The notes below the pieces were generated by a model that was given only the letters and a program-made list of their open reading frames with translations, did no database searches and was not told where the DNA came from. Positions 42,274 to 51,793 of a DNA stretch of 64,000 bases are shown one piece after another (position 1 is the first letter of the stretch; each line of letters opens with the position of its first letter). This DNA is from Patescibacteria group bacterium (lineage in GTDB: Bacteria; Patescibacteriota; JABMPQ01; JAHIRA01), in NCBI GenBank assembly GCA_018818205.1, contig JAHISJ010000002.1, forward strand, positions 3,895 through 67,894. Reading direction: 5' to 3'. A program made the translations under genes and the position numbers.

Positions 42274-43104
42274 ATGTATTACTATATTTTTGACCAGACC
42301 TCTCAAAAGCACGGTTTTCAAAAGGCGCTCGACAAGATTGGCTTGAAGATCACGGATCTTGAGCTTGATGGAGAGAAGACAAAAGAGACCATAACAAAAA
42401 ATATATCACTCCTTACTAATGAAGCGCTAGAAAAAGACGTTAAGAATATTATCGTTGTTGGAACCGATTCATCACTCAATGCTGTTCTAAAAGGCATTGT
42501 GGCAAAGAAGAAGGATGTGGCACTTGGCTACATTCCACTCAAACGTTCGCTTTATAGCGAACTTTTTAATATCCCGATTCAAGAACATGCACTGGAGATT
42601 ATTTCTAAGCGTAAAATTATTACTACTGATCTAGGAAAAGTTAACCATGGCTATTTCATTTCATCTATGAAATATGCGCATTCACTAAAAAAAAGCGGAT
42701 CAATGTTTAACGTAAAGTCTCTTTTTCAAATAAGAAGTCCTGAGAATATACTTTTTGACTTTCAATATAATGACAATTTTGATTTACACGCAGAGGCTGC
42801 ACGGTTCTCGATTTTTAATGTTGTCTCGAGCGGAGAAAACAAACAGTTGAGAGAAGAGCATAATGTAGCTCTTGGAAAGAGGGCACATAGTGATGGGCGG
42901 TTTGATATATGCGTGCTCAGCAAAGGCTCTAGTCCAGAAAACCGAACGTGTTTTCAAGCAACACATCTCTACGTTAAGTCACATGCAGGGCCGGTCACCT
43001 GTATCCTAGACGAGTGTGTTGATATGCGTTCACAGGAATTTACGGTGCATGTTTTGCCCATGTCTCTTAAAATGATCGTTGGTAATGCTACCCTTTTTAG
43101 GTAG
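42274..43104 (+). CDS. diacylglycerol kinase-like protein with a degenerate GGDGT motif
   Basis: VVGTDSSLN, LGYIP and DLGKVN motifs. Confidence 0.65.
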   Translation: MYYYIFDQTSQKHGFQKALDKIGLKITDLELDGEKTKETITKNISLLTNEALEKDVKNIIVVGTDSSLNAVLKGIVAKKKDVALGYIPLKRSLYSELFNIPIQEHALEIISKRKIITTDLGKVNHGYFISSMKYAHSLKKSGSMFNVKSLFQIRSPENILFDFQYNDNFDLHAEAARFSIFNVVSSGENKQLREEHNVALGKRAHSDGRFDICVLSKGSSPENRTCFQATHLYVKSHAGPVTCILDECVDMRSQEFTVHVLPMSLKMIVGNATLFR

Positions 43105-43219
43105 TGTGCCAGTTTTGACGCGTGCTCATTTGTCATGTATGATAGGAGAAAGTCTATAATCTTGACTTTCTCTTTTTGAGTAGCTATAATGAGGTGTTTT
43201 ATTCTAGGGAAAAGGATCT

Positions 43220-45157
43220 ATGTATATATCTGATATCGCGCGAAAATTGCGTATTAGGGACAAGGACTTGCGGCAGAAATTAAAAGGCATGGGCTATAAT
43301 TTTAAACCTCGTGTTCGTACTCTTGATGATGCCACTGCACGGGAAATTATTAGCAAACTTGAGGACACCAAAGAGCCTGCAAAGAAGGAAGAAGAAACCC
43401 TGCCAACAGTGAGCGAAGTTGAAATCCCTGAGACAGTCACGGTCGGAGAATTCGCAGAAAAGACAGGAAAGCCAGCGTCAGAAGTGATTCAAGATCTAAT
43501 GAAAAATGGTATCATGGCTGCCATTAATCAAGAGATCGATTTTGACACCGCAACGTTGCTTGCAGAAGGGTATGGTATTACCGTTAAAAAATTTGTTGAC
43601 GAGCAAGTTCAAGACAGAGAAAAAGGCATCAGACAAAAAATCAAAGATGAGGTAGAGAAAAGTGGTGGGAAAAGTGTCAAAATGCGCTCCCCGGTAGTAA
43701 CAGTGATGGGACATGTTGATCATGGAAAAACAACACTACTCGATGCAATCAGAGATACTAATGTGACTTCAAGCGAATCGGGTGGTATTACGCAACATAT
43801 TGGTGCGTACCAGGTAAAAGAAAAAGGTCGCGTGATAACGTTTTTAGATACGCCAGGGCATGAAGCATTTTCTGCCATGCGGGCAAGAGGTGCGAGAGTA
43901 ACTGACATTGCTATTTTGTTAGTTGCGGCAGATGATGGAGTAAAACCACAAACCAAAGAAGCGCTTGATCTTATTAAGAAAGAAAAAGTACCGTTTATTG
44001 TTGCTATAAACAAGATTGATAAGCCCGGGGCAAATATTGAACGGGTAAAAAAAGAACTCGGTGATTTAGAGGTGGTACCTGAAGACTGGGGTGGCGATAC
44101 GGTAATGGTAGAAGTGTCTGCAAAAAAGAAACTCAATATTGACAATCTACTCGAAATGATCTTGCTGGTTGCCGATGTTGAGGAGCTCAAAGCGGAGTTT
44201 GATGTTCCAGCAGTGGGAACAATAATCGAGCAGCACAAAGATGCCAGACGTGGTGCAACCGCAACAGTATTGGTCCAAAATGGAACGTTAAAAGTGGGCG
44301 ACTTTGTAACGGTGGGCGGTGTTATGGGAACTATCAGGTCCATGGAGAACTATCAAGGGAAAAAAGTCGATCATGCGAAGCCGTCAACGCCTGTTCAAAT
44401 CCTTGGGCTAGAATCGCTTCCGGCAGTAGGTGACATTTTGCATGTTGAAGAAGATAAGGCAAAGGCTAAAGAGAAGATAAACAGACTTAAAAAGAAGGCA
44501 AAGTCCTCTAAGAGAAAAGTAGACGACAGCGGCAAAGAAATAAAAAAACTGAACATACTTATTAAAGCAGATGTGCAAGGCTCGCTTGAAGCTATTTTAG
44601 GCTCGCTTGATAAAATCGAGAGTGACAGAGTAGCAATCGACGTGGTTGACTACGGAGTTGGAAAAATAACAGAATCAGACATTATGCTGGTAAGTTCATC
44701 AAATGCTAAAGTGTATCTTTTTAGAACAGCGCCAACATCAATTGCACGAGTTCTTGCGAGAGACAAAAAGATTATCTTAAATGAATACTCGGTTATTTAC
44801 GAGCTCATTGATGCAATTAAGACGGCATTAACTGAACTTATTGAACCGGAAGTCGTCGAAAAAACAATTGGATCCCTTGAGATTTTAAAGATTTTTAGAA
44901 CAGAAAAGGGAAAAATGATCATAGGTGGAAAAGTAGTAAAAGGTAAAATTATTAAAGACTCAAGAGTTGTGGTAACCCGTGGTGAGGAGGAGCTCGGCGA
45001 CGGGTCAATATCAAATATTCAAAGGGGCCAGTCTCCCGTTGATACGGTGGCCCAAGGAGAAGAATGTGGAATGAAGTATGAGGGTAAGGTTCGCATAAAG
45101 ACCGGAGACATCCTTACTATTATAGAGCGCAAAGTGATTAAACATACAATAAACTAG
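43220..45157 (+). CDS. infB: translation initiation factor IF-2
   Basis: GHVDHGKTT, DTPGHEAF and NKID motifs. Confidence 0.97.
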   Translation: MYISDIARKLRIRDKDLRQKLKGMGYNFKPRVRTLDDATAREIISKLEDTKEPAKKEEETLPTVSEVEIPETVTVGEFAEKTGKPASEVIQDLMKNGIMAAINQEIDFDTATLLAEGYGITVKKFVDEQVQDREKGIRQKIKDEVEKSGGKSVKMRSPVVTVMGHVDHGKTTLLDAIRDTNVTSSESGGITQHIGAYQVKEKGRVITFLDTPGHEAFSAMRARGARVTDIAILLVAADDGVKPQTKEALDLIKKEKVPFIVAINKIDKPGANIERVKKELGDLEVVPEDWGGDTVMVEVSAKKKLNIDNLLEMILLVADVEELKAEFDVPAVGTIIEQHKDARRGATATVLVQNGTLKVGDFVTVGGVMGTIRSMENYQGKKVDHAKPSTPVQILGLESLPAVGDILHVEEDKAKAKEKINRLKKKAKSSKRKVDDSGKEIKKLNILIKADVQGSLEAILGSLDKIESDRVAIDVVDYGVGKITESDIMLVSSSNAKVYLFRTAPTSIARVLARDKKIILNEYSVIYELIDAIKTALTELIEPEVVEKTIGSLEILKIFRTEKGKMIIGGKVVKGKIIKDSRVVVTRGEEELGDGSISNIQRGQSPVDTVAQGEECGMKYEGKVRIKTGDILTIIERKVIKHTIN

Positions 45158-45158
45158 C

Positions 45159-45506
45159 ATGTCACGTTCAGACAAAGTAAATAGTCTTATTAAGCGTGAA
45201 CTTGCAGCGCTTATACCACAAGAGATTGAACTGCCAAAAGGATGTATTGTAACGGTGTCTGAGGTTGAAGCTTCCTTAGATGTGAGGCATGCACGAGCGT
45301 ATATAAGCGTGATGCCCAAAGACAAGGAAGAGGATGTTATGGAACTTCTTGGTACACATATTTACGATATACAGCAAAACCTAAACAAAAAACTCGTTAT
45401 GCGACATGTCCCAAAGATCAGGTTTATGATTGATCATAGAGAGGAACACGCAGCGCGTATAGAAGAGATTATTAGCAGTGAGTATCAAGACGATGGCAAT
45501 AAGTGA
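45159..45506 (+). CDS. rbfA: ribosome-binding factor A
   Basis: Follows infB; MRHVPKIRF motif. Confidence 0.92.
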   Translation: MSRSDKVNSLIKRELAALIPQEIELPKGCIVTVSEVEASLDVRHARAYISVMPKDKEEDVMELLGTHIYDIQQNLNKKLVMRHVPKIRFMIDHREEHAARIEEIISSEYQDDGNK

Positions 45507-46464
45507 AGTGTTATCTAATAGATTTCGGTATTTGGTTTCAAAGAGCAAATCTATTGTGCTTGTTTCCCACAGAAAGCCCGACGGAGATACTGTTGGTTCA
45601 ATGCTTGGGCTCGCGCTCGCGCTCACTGGTGAAGGAAAGAACGTTTCCACTTTTTCGTCAGATCCCCTTACAGCGCAGCTTACCATTTTACCCTCTGCTC
45701 ATAGAGTAAAGAATACAGCTGACTTTGTTGCTGGTGATTATGATTTAGTTATTGCGCTTGATTGTGGTGATTATAGCCAGATGGGACTTTCCGTTGAGCA
45801 AGATAGACTGCCCCTTATTATAAATATTGATCACCACGGGACGGAATGCTTTGGTGATTTAAATATTGTTGATACAAAGGCGTCATCAACTGCAGAAATT
45901 GTTCATGTGCTTTTAAAAAAACTCCATATCCCTATTTCAAAAAATATTGCGACGTGCTTTCTTGCCGGTATTATGCAAGACACAGACAACTTTAAAAATC
46001 CAAATACAACCACCCAAACACTTGAAACGACGTCATACTTACTCTCTAGAGGTGCGAACTTCAAAAAATTAGGGAGACATTTTAATCATAGTAAGTCGCT
46101 CAGTAGTTTAAAACTTTGGGGCAAGATTTTGGCTCGCATGAGACGACATCCTCAGTTGAATGTGGTTTCAACATTTATTACCAACCAAGAGATAGTAGAA
46201 TCTAACTCATCGTCTGAGGATATTGAAGGAGTGGCAAACTTTTTAAACAGTATTCCAGACGTAAAAGCATCATGTGTGCTTACCGAGATCGAAAAAGACG
46301 AGATTAAGGGAAGCTTACGGACTCTTGACGAGTCGGTTGATGTATCAAAGATCGCTTCCTTTTTTGGAGGTGGTGGGCACAAAAAGGCCGCAGGATTTCG
46401 ACTTAAAGGGCGCATTGTAATGTATAACAACGCGTGGCACGTTAAAAGTACAAAGCTAGCATAA
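45493..46464 (+). CDS. nrnA: DHH/DHHA1 phosphoesterase (NrnA/Pde2-like)
   Basis: HRKPDGD, IDHH, DT and GGGGHKKAAG motifs. Confidence 0.9.
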   Translation: MAISEVLSNRFRYLVSKSKSIVLVSHRKPDGDTVGSMLGLALALTGEGKNVSTFSSDPLTAQLTILPSAHRVKNTADFVAGDYDLVIALDCGDYSQMGLSVEQDRLPLIINIDHHGTECFGDLNIVDTKASSTAEIVHVLLKKLHIPISKNIATCFLAGIMQDTDNFKNPNTTTQTLETTSYLLSRGANFKKLGRHFNHSKSLSSLKLWGKILARMRRHPQLNVVSTFITNQEIVESNSSSEDIEGVANFLNSIPDVKASCVLTEIEKDEIKGSLRTLDESVDVSKIASFFGGGGHKKAAGFRLKGRIVMYNNAWHVKSTKLA

Positions 46465-46467
46465 TCT

Positions 46468-47268
46468 ATGACATCTTTTTTTGTCGAATATATTGAAGGA
46501 TTTAAAGCGTATTTTGTACAGCGTACGTTTTTTGATCATGTATTACTTATTGTTGATATTGGTGTTGTTGCGTTGCTTATTTATTATGCACTCGTGTTTA
46601 TTAGAGGCACAAAAGCATCAAAAATTGTGTATGGTATTGTACTGCTTTTAGGCGTTGCATTGGTTGGACAACTTTTGCAACTAGAAACGTTAAACTGGGT
46701 GCTCAAATATGTTGCAACTATTGTGGCGATAGCAATTCCTGTAGTGTTTCAACCGGAGCTGAGACGTGGGTTAGAGAAGCTTGGGAGAACAAGACTTATT
46801 AGTCGGACATCCTTTCTTTCTGACAGAAAACTTGCTACGTCAATTCAAGAACTTATTAAAGCACTACGTGTATTTAAAGAAAATCACGTTGGTGCATTGA
46901 TTGTACTCCAACGAGAGACGGGGCTTAGTGAGTACGTTGAACAAGGAGTGCCGATTAATGGTCTTTTGAGCTCTAAACTACTCATGAATATCTTTTTTCC
47001 AAACTCACCACTCCACGATGGAGCCGTTATTGTGAAGGGCGATAACATTCTCTCTGCCGCGTCAGTGCTCCCTCTTGCTGAGGGGCGAGAAACATATACG
47101 TATGGAACACGGCATAGAGCAGCGATTGGTATAACCGAGGTTAGTGACGCAGTCGCAATAGTTGTTTCGGAAGAACGTGGTACGATTGCACTTGTGTATG
47201 ATGGAAAGGTTGATGATACCATTGCGATTCCAGAGCTTGAAAACAAGCTTATAACTCTTTTGAAATGA
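46468..47268 (+). CDS. cdaA: diadenylate cyclase CdaA
   Basis: Three TMs; FQPELRR, PLHDGA and GTRHRAA motifs. Confidence 0.94.
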   Translation: MTSFFVEYIEGFKAYFVQRTFFDHVLLIVDIGVVALLIYYALVFIRGTKASKIVYGIVLLLGVALVGQLLQLETLNWVLKYVATIVAIAIPVVFQPELRRGLEKLGRTRLISRTSFLSDRKLATSIQELIKALRVFKENHVGALIVLQRETGLSEYVEQGVPINGLLSSKLLMNIFFPNSPLHDGAVIVKGDNILSAASVLPLAEGRETYTYGTRHRAAIGITEVSDAVAIVVSEERGTIALVYDGKVDDTIAIPELENKLITLLK

Positions 47269-48467
47269 AAAAGAAATTCCTTTCAAGCAATCTAGGACTT
47301 AAGCTCATTGCAATCGTTATTGCAATCTTTTTGTGGTTTTATGTGGCAAACGATGGATATCGTGTCGATTTTTTGGATTCAGAAGTTACCATTGAAGCGT
47401 TTAACGTGGCTGAAAGCAAAGCGCTTGCTGAAAATCTTGGTGAGGCACAGGTTAAAGTACGTGCGCCTCTCTCAACATGGTCACGTATTACCGATGATAC
47501 ATTTTCAGCATATGTCGATGCGAAGGGGCTTCAAGCAGGGGAATACACTCTCCCAGTGAAAGTCGTTTCAGAAGATCCTACAGTCCAAGTTCTAGAAACT
47601 GAACCACAAGAAGTACGGGTAGTTATTGATAGCGTAGAATCTGAAAAACGTGATATACGACCAAAAGGAGAAGGTACACCGGGAGAAGGGTATGTTCAAG
47701 AAGAACCCTCAGTAACTGAGACGTCCGCAATGGTCTCTGGTGCCAAAAGAAATGTAGAAAATGTTGCAGAAGTTATTGCACCGGTTGCCGTTGATGGTGC
47801 CATGAGTGACGTAACACAAACCGTTGATCTTGAGGCGGTAGACAGCGAGGGAAATAGAGTAGAGTCAGTTTCCATTTCTCCAAAAACGGTAGAAGTAACC
47901 GTTCCCGTTCACAAAGAAGAAGGGGTTAAAACTGTGGGCGTAAAGGCAAAGACTAAAGGGTCGCCACCGCAGGGGTATTGGATTTCTGACATTAAAATGT
48001 CACCAAGCTCTGTTGCCATTGAAGGCCCGGAAGAGGTGTTAAGCAATGTTGGTTTTGTTGAGACACAATCAATAGATGTATCATCATTTAAAGGCGATGT
48101 TACACAAGAAGTGGCGCTTGATGTTCCAGAGGATATATCTTTAGTAGGAAGTGATACCGTATCAGTGACGGTCAAAGTTAAAAGCGAGGAAGTAGCCCGA
48201 GACATTGAAAAACGTCCAACATTTAGAAACATGCCGGCGGGACAGCACATAACAAGCATGACTCCAGAAAACGTTGTACTGGTTATTGAAGGCCCTGCTG
48301 ATGTGATAAATACGTTTGATCTTAAGACTATGGCCGTTGACGTTGATCTTTCAGGTAAAAAACCCGGAACCTACACCTTGCCAATCCAAAAAGAAATAGT
48401 TACACTTCCCTCAGGCGTGTCGCTCAAAGAAATCGAGACCAAAGAAATAAGAATTGTTATTGAATAA
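47265..48467 (+). CDS. cdaR: CdaR (YbbR-domain) regulator
   Basis: N-terminal TM (AIFLWFYV) plus repeated YbbR-like domains, overlapping the end of cdaA. Confidence 0.88.
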   Translation: MKKKFLSSNLGLKLIAIVIAIFLWFYVANDGYRVDFLDSEVTIEAFNVAESKALAENLGEAQVKVRAPLSTWSRITDDTFSAYVDAKGLQAGEYTLPVKVVSEDPTVQVLETEPQEVRVVIDSVESEKRDIRPKGEGTPGEGYVQEEPSVTETSAMVSGAKRNVENVAEVIAPVAVDGAMSDVTQTVDLEAVDSEGNRVESVSISPKTVEVTVPVHKEEGVKTVGVKAKTKGSPPQGYWISDIKMSPSSVAIEGPEEVLSNVGFVETQSIDVSSFKGDVTQEVALDVPEDISLVGSDTVSVTVKVKSEEVARDIEKRPTFRNMPAGQHITSMTPENVVLVIEGPADVINTFDLKTMAVDVDLSGKKPGTYTLPIQKEIVTLPSGVSLKEIETKEIRIVIE

Positions 48468-48482
48468 TTAACGTACAAAAAA

Positions 48483-49058
48483 ATGAATCTTATTCCCACA
48501 GTTATAGAGAAATCAACACACGGTGAACGTGCATATGATATTTACTCGAGACTTCTTAAAGACAGAATTATCTTTTTAGGCGGTCCAGTAGATGATCATA
48601 TTGCAAACACCGTTATTGCACAGCTTCTCTTTTTGGAAAGTGAAGACAAAGCAAAGGATATTAAACTGTACATTAATTCTCCGGGCGGATCCGTTACGGC
48701 GGGACTTGCGATTTATGATACTATGCAGTACGTAACGTCTGACGTATCAACTATTTGTGTTGGTCTTGCGGCATCAATGGGAGCGGTGCTTCTAGCTGCC
48801 GGAGCAAAAGGAAAAAGACTGACCCTGCCGCATAGCGAAGTCATGATTCATCAGGTTATGGGTGGTGCAGAAGGACAGGCAACTGACATTGAAATTTCCG
48901 CAAAACATATTTTAAAGACCAAAGAAGTATTAAACAAACTTCTTTCAAAACATACCGGGCAAACAATAAAGAGGGTTGAAAAGGACTCGGACAGAGATTA
49001 TTATATGTCTTCAGTTGAGGCAAAAGAGTATGGTATTATTGATCAGATTGTAAAATAA
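48483..49058 (+). CDS. clpP: ATP-dependent Clp protease proteolytic subunit
   Basis: [14 protein letters not shown] and MIHQ motifs. Confidence 0.97.
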   Translation: MNLIPTVIEKSTHGERAYDIYSRLLKDRIIFLGGPVDDHIANTVIAQLLFLESEDKAKDIKLYINSPGGSVTAGLAIYDTMQYVTSDVSTICVGLAASMGAVLLAAGAKGKRLTLPHSEVMIHQVMGGAEGQATDIEISAKHILKTKEVLNKLLSKHTGQTIKRVEKDSDRDYYMSSVEAKEYGIIDQIVK

Positions 49059-49065
49059 AGGTCAG

Positions 49066-49230
49066 ATGAAAAAAAAGAGAAAAAAGAAGAAAAAGGAGCG
49101 CAAGAGTCTTCAAAAAGTAAGAAAAGTTTCAAGAAGTGTCATTGCAATGGTGATTGGCGGCATTATTGGTATTGTTGTTATTACATTCACCGCTCTTTTT
49201 GTAAGGAACAAAACAAAGAAAAAATCGTAG
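49066..49230 (+). CDS. small Lys-rich single-TM protein (54 aa, below the ORF-track cutoff)
   Basis: Translated by hand as MKKKRKKKKKERKSLQKVRKVSRSVIAMVIGGIIGIVVITFTALFVRNKTKKKS. Confidence 0.5.
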   Translation: MKKKRKKKKKERKSLQKVRKVSRSVIAMVIGGIIGIVVITFTALFVRNKTKKKS

Positions 49231-49250
49231 GGTGACATTTATGACACCCG

Positions 49251-49278
49251 CTCCTCGTAGGCGCGCGCCTACGAGGAG
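49251..49278. repeat. perfect 28-bp palindrome
   Basis: CTCCTCGTAGGCGC/GCGCCTACGAGGAG. Confidence 0.9.
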
Positions 49279-49376
49279 TATTCGCAAATACAAACCCCAA
49301 TTTCCCCTTGATTTCCCTGCCATTCCTGCTTAAATAAAAGCGAGTTTGGGGGTTCTTTTTATGATAGGAGGAAGTT

Positions 49377-50324
49377 GTGATAATTTTGAGTTCGCCACAA
49401 GCGTGTGGCCAATTTGGAAAGTTAATTGAACCTGTTAGAGAAAAAGGACTTACTACGTCACGTATTTTGATGGTGAGTCCGGATCACTTTAAAGTGAGTA
49501 AATTCGCTACACAAAATAATGTGTACATGGGGACTGAGGCAGTTGATCCCAGTAAAGCATGGGAGCAGTTCAATGAACTTCTTAGAAAACTTGAAGCACG
49601 AGGTATTGAGGTAAATGTTTTCCCTGGAAAGCCCGGCCAAAGCGATGGCATTTTCCCCAACAACACGTTTGCAACAGTTCGAGGCATTGAAGGACGCAAA
49701 AAACGTGCGCTTATTGGAATGATGTTAAACGAAGATCGTATTCCAGAGAGGGATCAAGAAGATATTCGTGAGTTTTTACGGTCTTCAGGATATGAATTTA
49801 TTGATTTGCAAGAAGATTCCCGTGCGCAGGTAGGCAAGGATTCCGCTGAGCTTACGGGAAGCGTAGTTATTGACCACCGTCGTGATTTTGGGTTTATTGG
49901 TCTTTCTAAGCGGTGTACGTTTATGGGTGCGATGCTGATGGCAGAAGCATTCGGTTTTAATGCGGCACATGTTTTTGAGCTTACTGAGAATGAATATCAT
50001 ACGAACGTAGTTTTGGCTATTTTGGGTGGAAAAGTCTGTGTTATTGCGCCTTCAGGGTTTAAGAATGAAGACGATGCAAAAGCGATTATGGGACAGTACC
50101 AACACGTTATTCATCTCACCGAAGAGCAAAAGAATCATTTTTGTGGTAATATGCTTGCGCTTGGTGATAGTCACGTGTTTCTCTCGCATGAAGCATGGAT
50201 ATGGCTGAGGGGTGATCAGAGAGATGCGCTTAAAGAAGCTGGGTTTACCGTGAACATGGTTGATATTTCTGAACTCGAAAAAGGCGGCGGTTCCATGCGT
50301 TGTCTTCTCTGCGAACTTTGGTAA
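49377..50324 (+). CDS. amidinotransferase/pentein family hydrolase (CtlX-like citrulline hydrolase)
   Basis: ILMVSP, DGIFPNN, YHTNV and KGGGSMRC motifs; SD AGGAGG. Confidence 0.8.
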   Translation: MIILSSPQACGQFGKLIEPVREKGLTTSRILMVSPDHFKVSKFATQNNVYMGTEAVDPSKAWEQFNELLRKLEARGIEVNVFPGKPGQSDGIFPNNTFATVRGIEGRKKRALIGMMLNEDRIPERDQEDIREFLRSSGYEFIDLQEDSRAQVGKDSAELTGSVVIDHRRDFGFIGLSKRCTFMGAMLMAEAFGFNAAHVFELTENEYHTNVVLAILGGKVCVIAPSGFKNEDDAKAIMGQYQHVIHLTEEQKNHFCGNMLALGDSHVFLSHEAWIWLRGDQRDALKEAGFTVNMVDISELEKGGGSMRCLLCELW

Positions 50325-50473
50325 TCCTCTAGTTTAAAAGGCAAATTGGTCATTGACATAGACGCCGATTTCATTACAATTAATCCGAGTACTTATAAGA
50401 GTGCTCGGATCTTTTTATTTTGCTCGCTTTGTGGCGGTTAGAAAAAACAGTTACAAAGTGAGAGGAGGTTAAC

Positions 50474-51745
50474 ATGGAGAAAAGACACGATGGTCTGTTC
50501 TCCGAAACAGGCCGTATTAATGAAGTAGTAGTATATGCGCCAGGAAAAGCGCATGAATTGATGGTGCCGGAACATATTATTGATGAGATTGAAGATGAAA
50601 ATGGGAAAAAGGTAGAAAATCCTGAGTATTGTCTTTTTGATGATATTATTGACCCCTTTGCTGCGACCGAGGAACATAGGGTTATGTCCGAAGTTATTGG
50701 TCAAGTTGGTCAAGTTATATACATGGACGATTTGCTTTTGAGAACCCTTAAGAACAGAGATTTAACAGGAAGAATTATTGAACGAGTCGGTGAAATTGAA
50801 GAACTTTCTCAAGAACAAGTTGATAGACTTTTAGAAATTCGAGATGCCAGGGCTCTTCTTCGTACCTTGGTTACAGGGAAGCTCAACGGTGAAATCGAAA
50901 AAGAACAATTCTTTTTGCCTGCACCAAACTTCATGTTTACTCGTGATGTTGCTGCGTGTGTGGGTGAGGCTGTAGTGGTATGCCATGCCTCAAAACCTGC
51001 AAGGCGTCGTGAAATGGCGCTTACAGGATTTGTAGTAAGAAACCACCCATTGTTTCATGGAAGGAAGATTATTGATATTAAAGAGATTGACCCCAATTCC
51101 AAAGAAACAATCGAAGGGGGCGATATTTTGGTTGTTGACCACACGACTGTTCTTATTGGCATTTCTCAAAGAACAACACAAAAAGCTGCACTTATGATTG
51201 CCAATGAGCTCAGAAAGCCCATTTTTGGGTTCAAAAACATTTTTGGCGTAAAGCTTCCGGAACAAAGGTCCAGCATGCATCTGGATACTACATTCACCCT
51301 TCTTTCTGAAAAGAAGGTTATGGTTTTTGGACCAGTTATTCTTGAAGGATGTACACTTTTTGATCTTTGTGCAGATTGCCAGCTGGAAGAGGAGAGCCTT
51401 ATTGATCTTTTGCACAAGATGGGTAAAATTGTTGATCCCATTTTGTGTGGTGGTGGATGTCCCATGGCTGCTCAGCGCGAGCAGTGGAGTGATGGTGCGA
51501 ACCTTTTTGCTATTGGACCGGGAATCGTCATTGGGTACGAGCGAAATCGCAGGACGACTGCAGAACTTGTGAAAAATGGCTTTAGGCATACGCCTGCAGA
51601 GGAAATTTTGCAACATCCAAATTGGTTTCAAAGTCGAGTAAACTCTGGAGATGAGCTCATCGTTACGTTCCGTGGTGCAGAGCTTTCTCGTGGACGAGGT
51701 GGGGCTCGTTGTATGACGATGCCACTCTCACGTATTGAAGAGTAG
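50474..51745 (+). CDS. arcA: arginine deiminase
   Basis: LFDD, PNFMFTRD, IEGGD, MHLDT, EQWSDGAN and RGRGGARCMTMP motifs. Confidence 0.92.
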   Translation: MEKRHDGLFSETGRINEVVVYAPGKAHELMVPEHIIDEIEDENGKKVENPEYCLFDDIIDPFAATEEHRVMSEVIGQVGQVIYMDDLLLRTLKNRDLTGRIIERVGEIEELSQEQVDRLLEIRDARALLRTLVTGKLNGEIEKEQFFLPAPNFMFTRDVAACVGEAVVVCHASKPARRREMALTGFVVRNHPLFHGRKIIDIKEIDPNSKETIEGGDILVVDHTTVLIGISQRTTQKAALMIANELRKPIFGFKNIFGVKLPEQRSSMHLDTTFTLLSEKKVMVFGPVILEGCTLFDLCADCQLEEESLIDLLHKMGKIVDPILCGGGCPMAAQREQWSDGANLFAIGPGIVIGYERNRRTTAELVKNGFRHTPAEEILQHPNWFQSRVNSGDELIVTFRGAELSRGRGGARCMTMPLSRIEE

Positions 51746-51793
51746 AAAATCTTTGAACAACAAACAGGCAAAGCGAGAAGCAGAGGAGGTACT

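Noticed and set aside
50353-50420. Hairpin plus T tract after a TTGACA/TACAAT pair as an arginine riboswitch or attenuator
   Set aside because: The hairpin overlaps the predicted start site and no aptamer-sized region is present. It is more simply the terminator of the upstream gene.
50991-51631. 213-aa antisense ORF within arcA, and similar antisense ORFs in infB, sufB and the M20 genes
   Set aside because: They have no recognisable motifs and are fully overlapped by well-supported genes.
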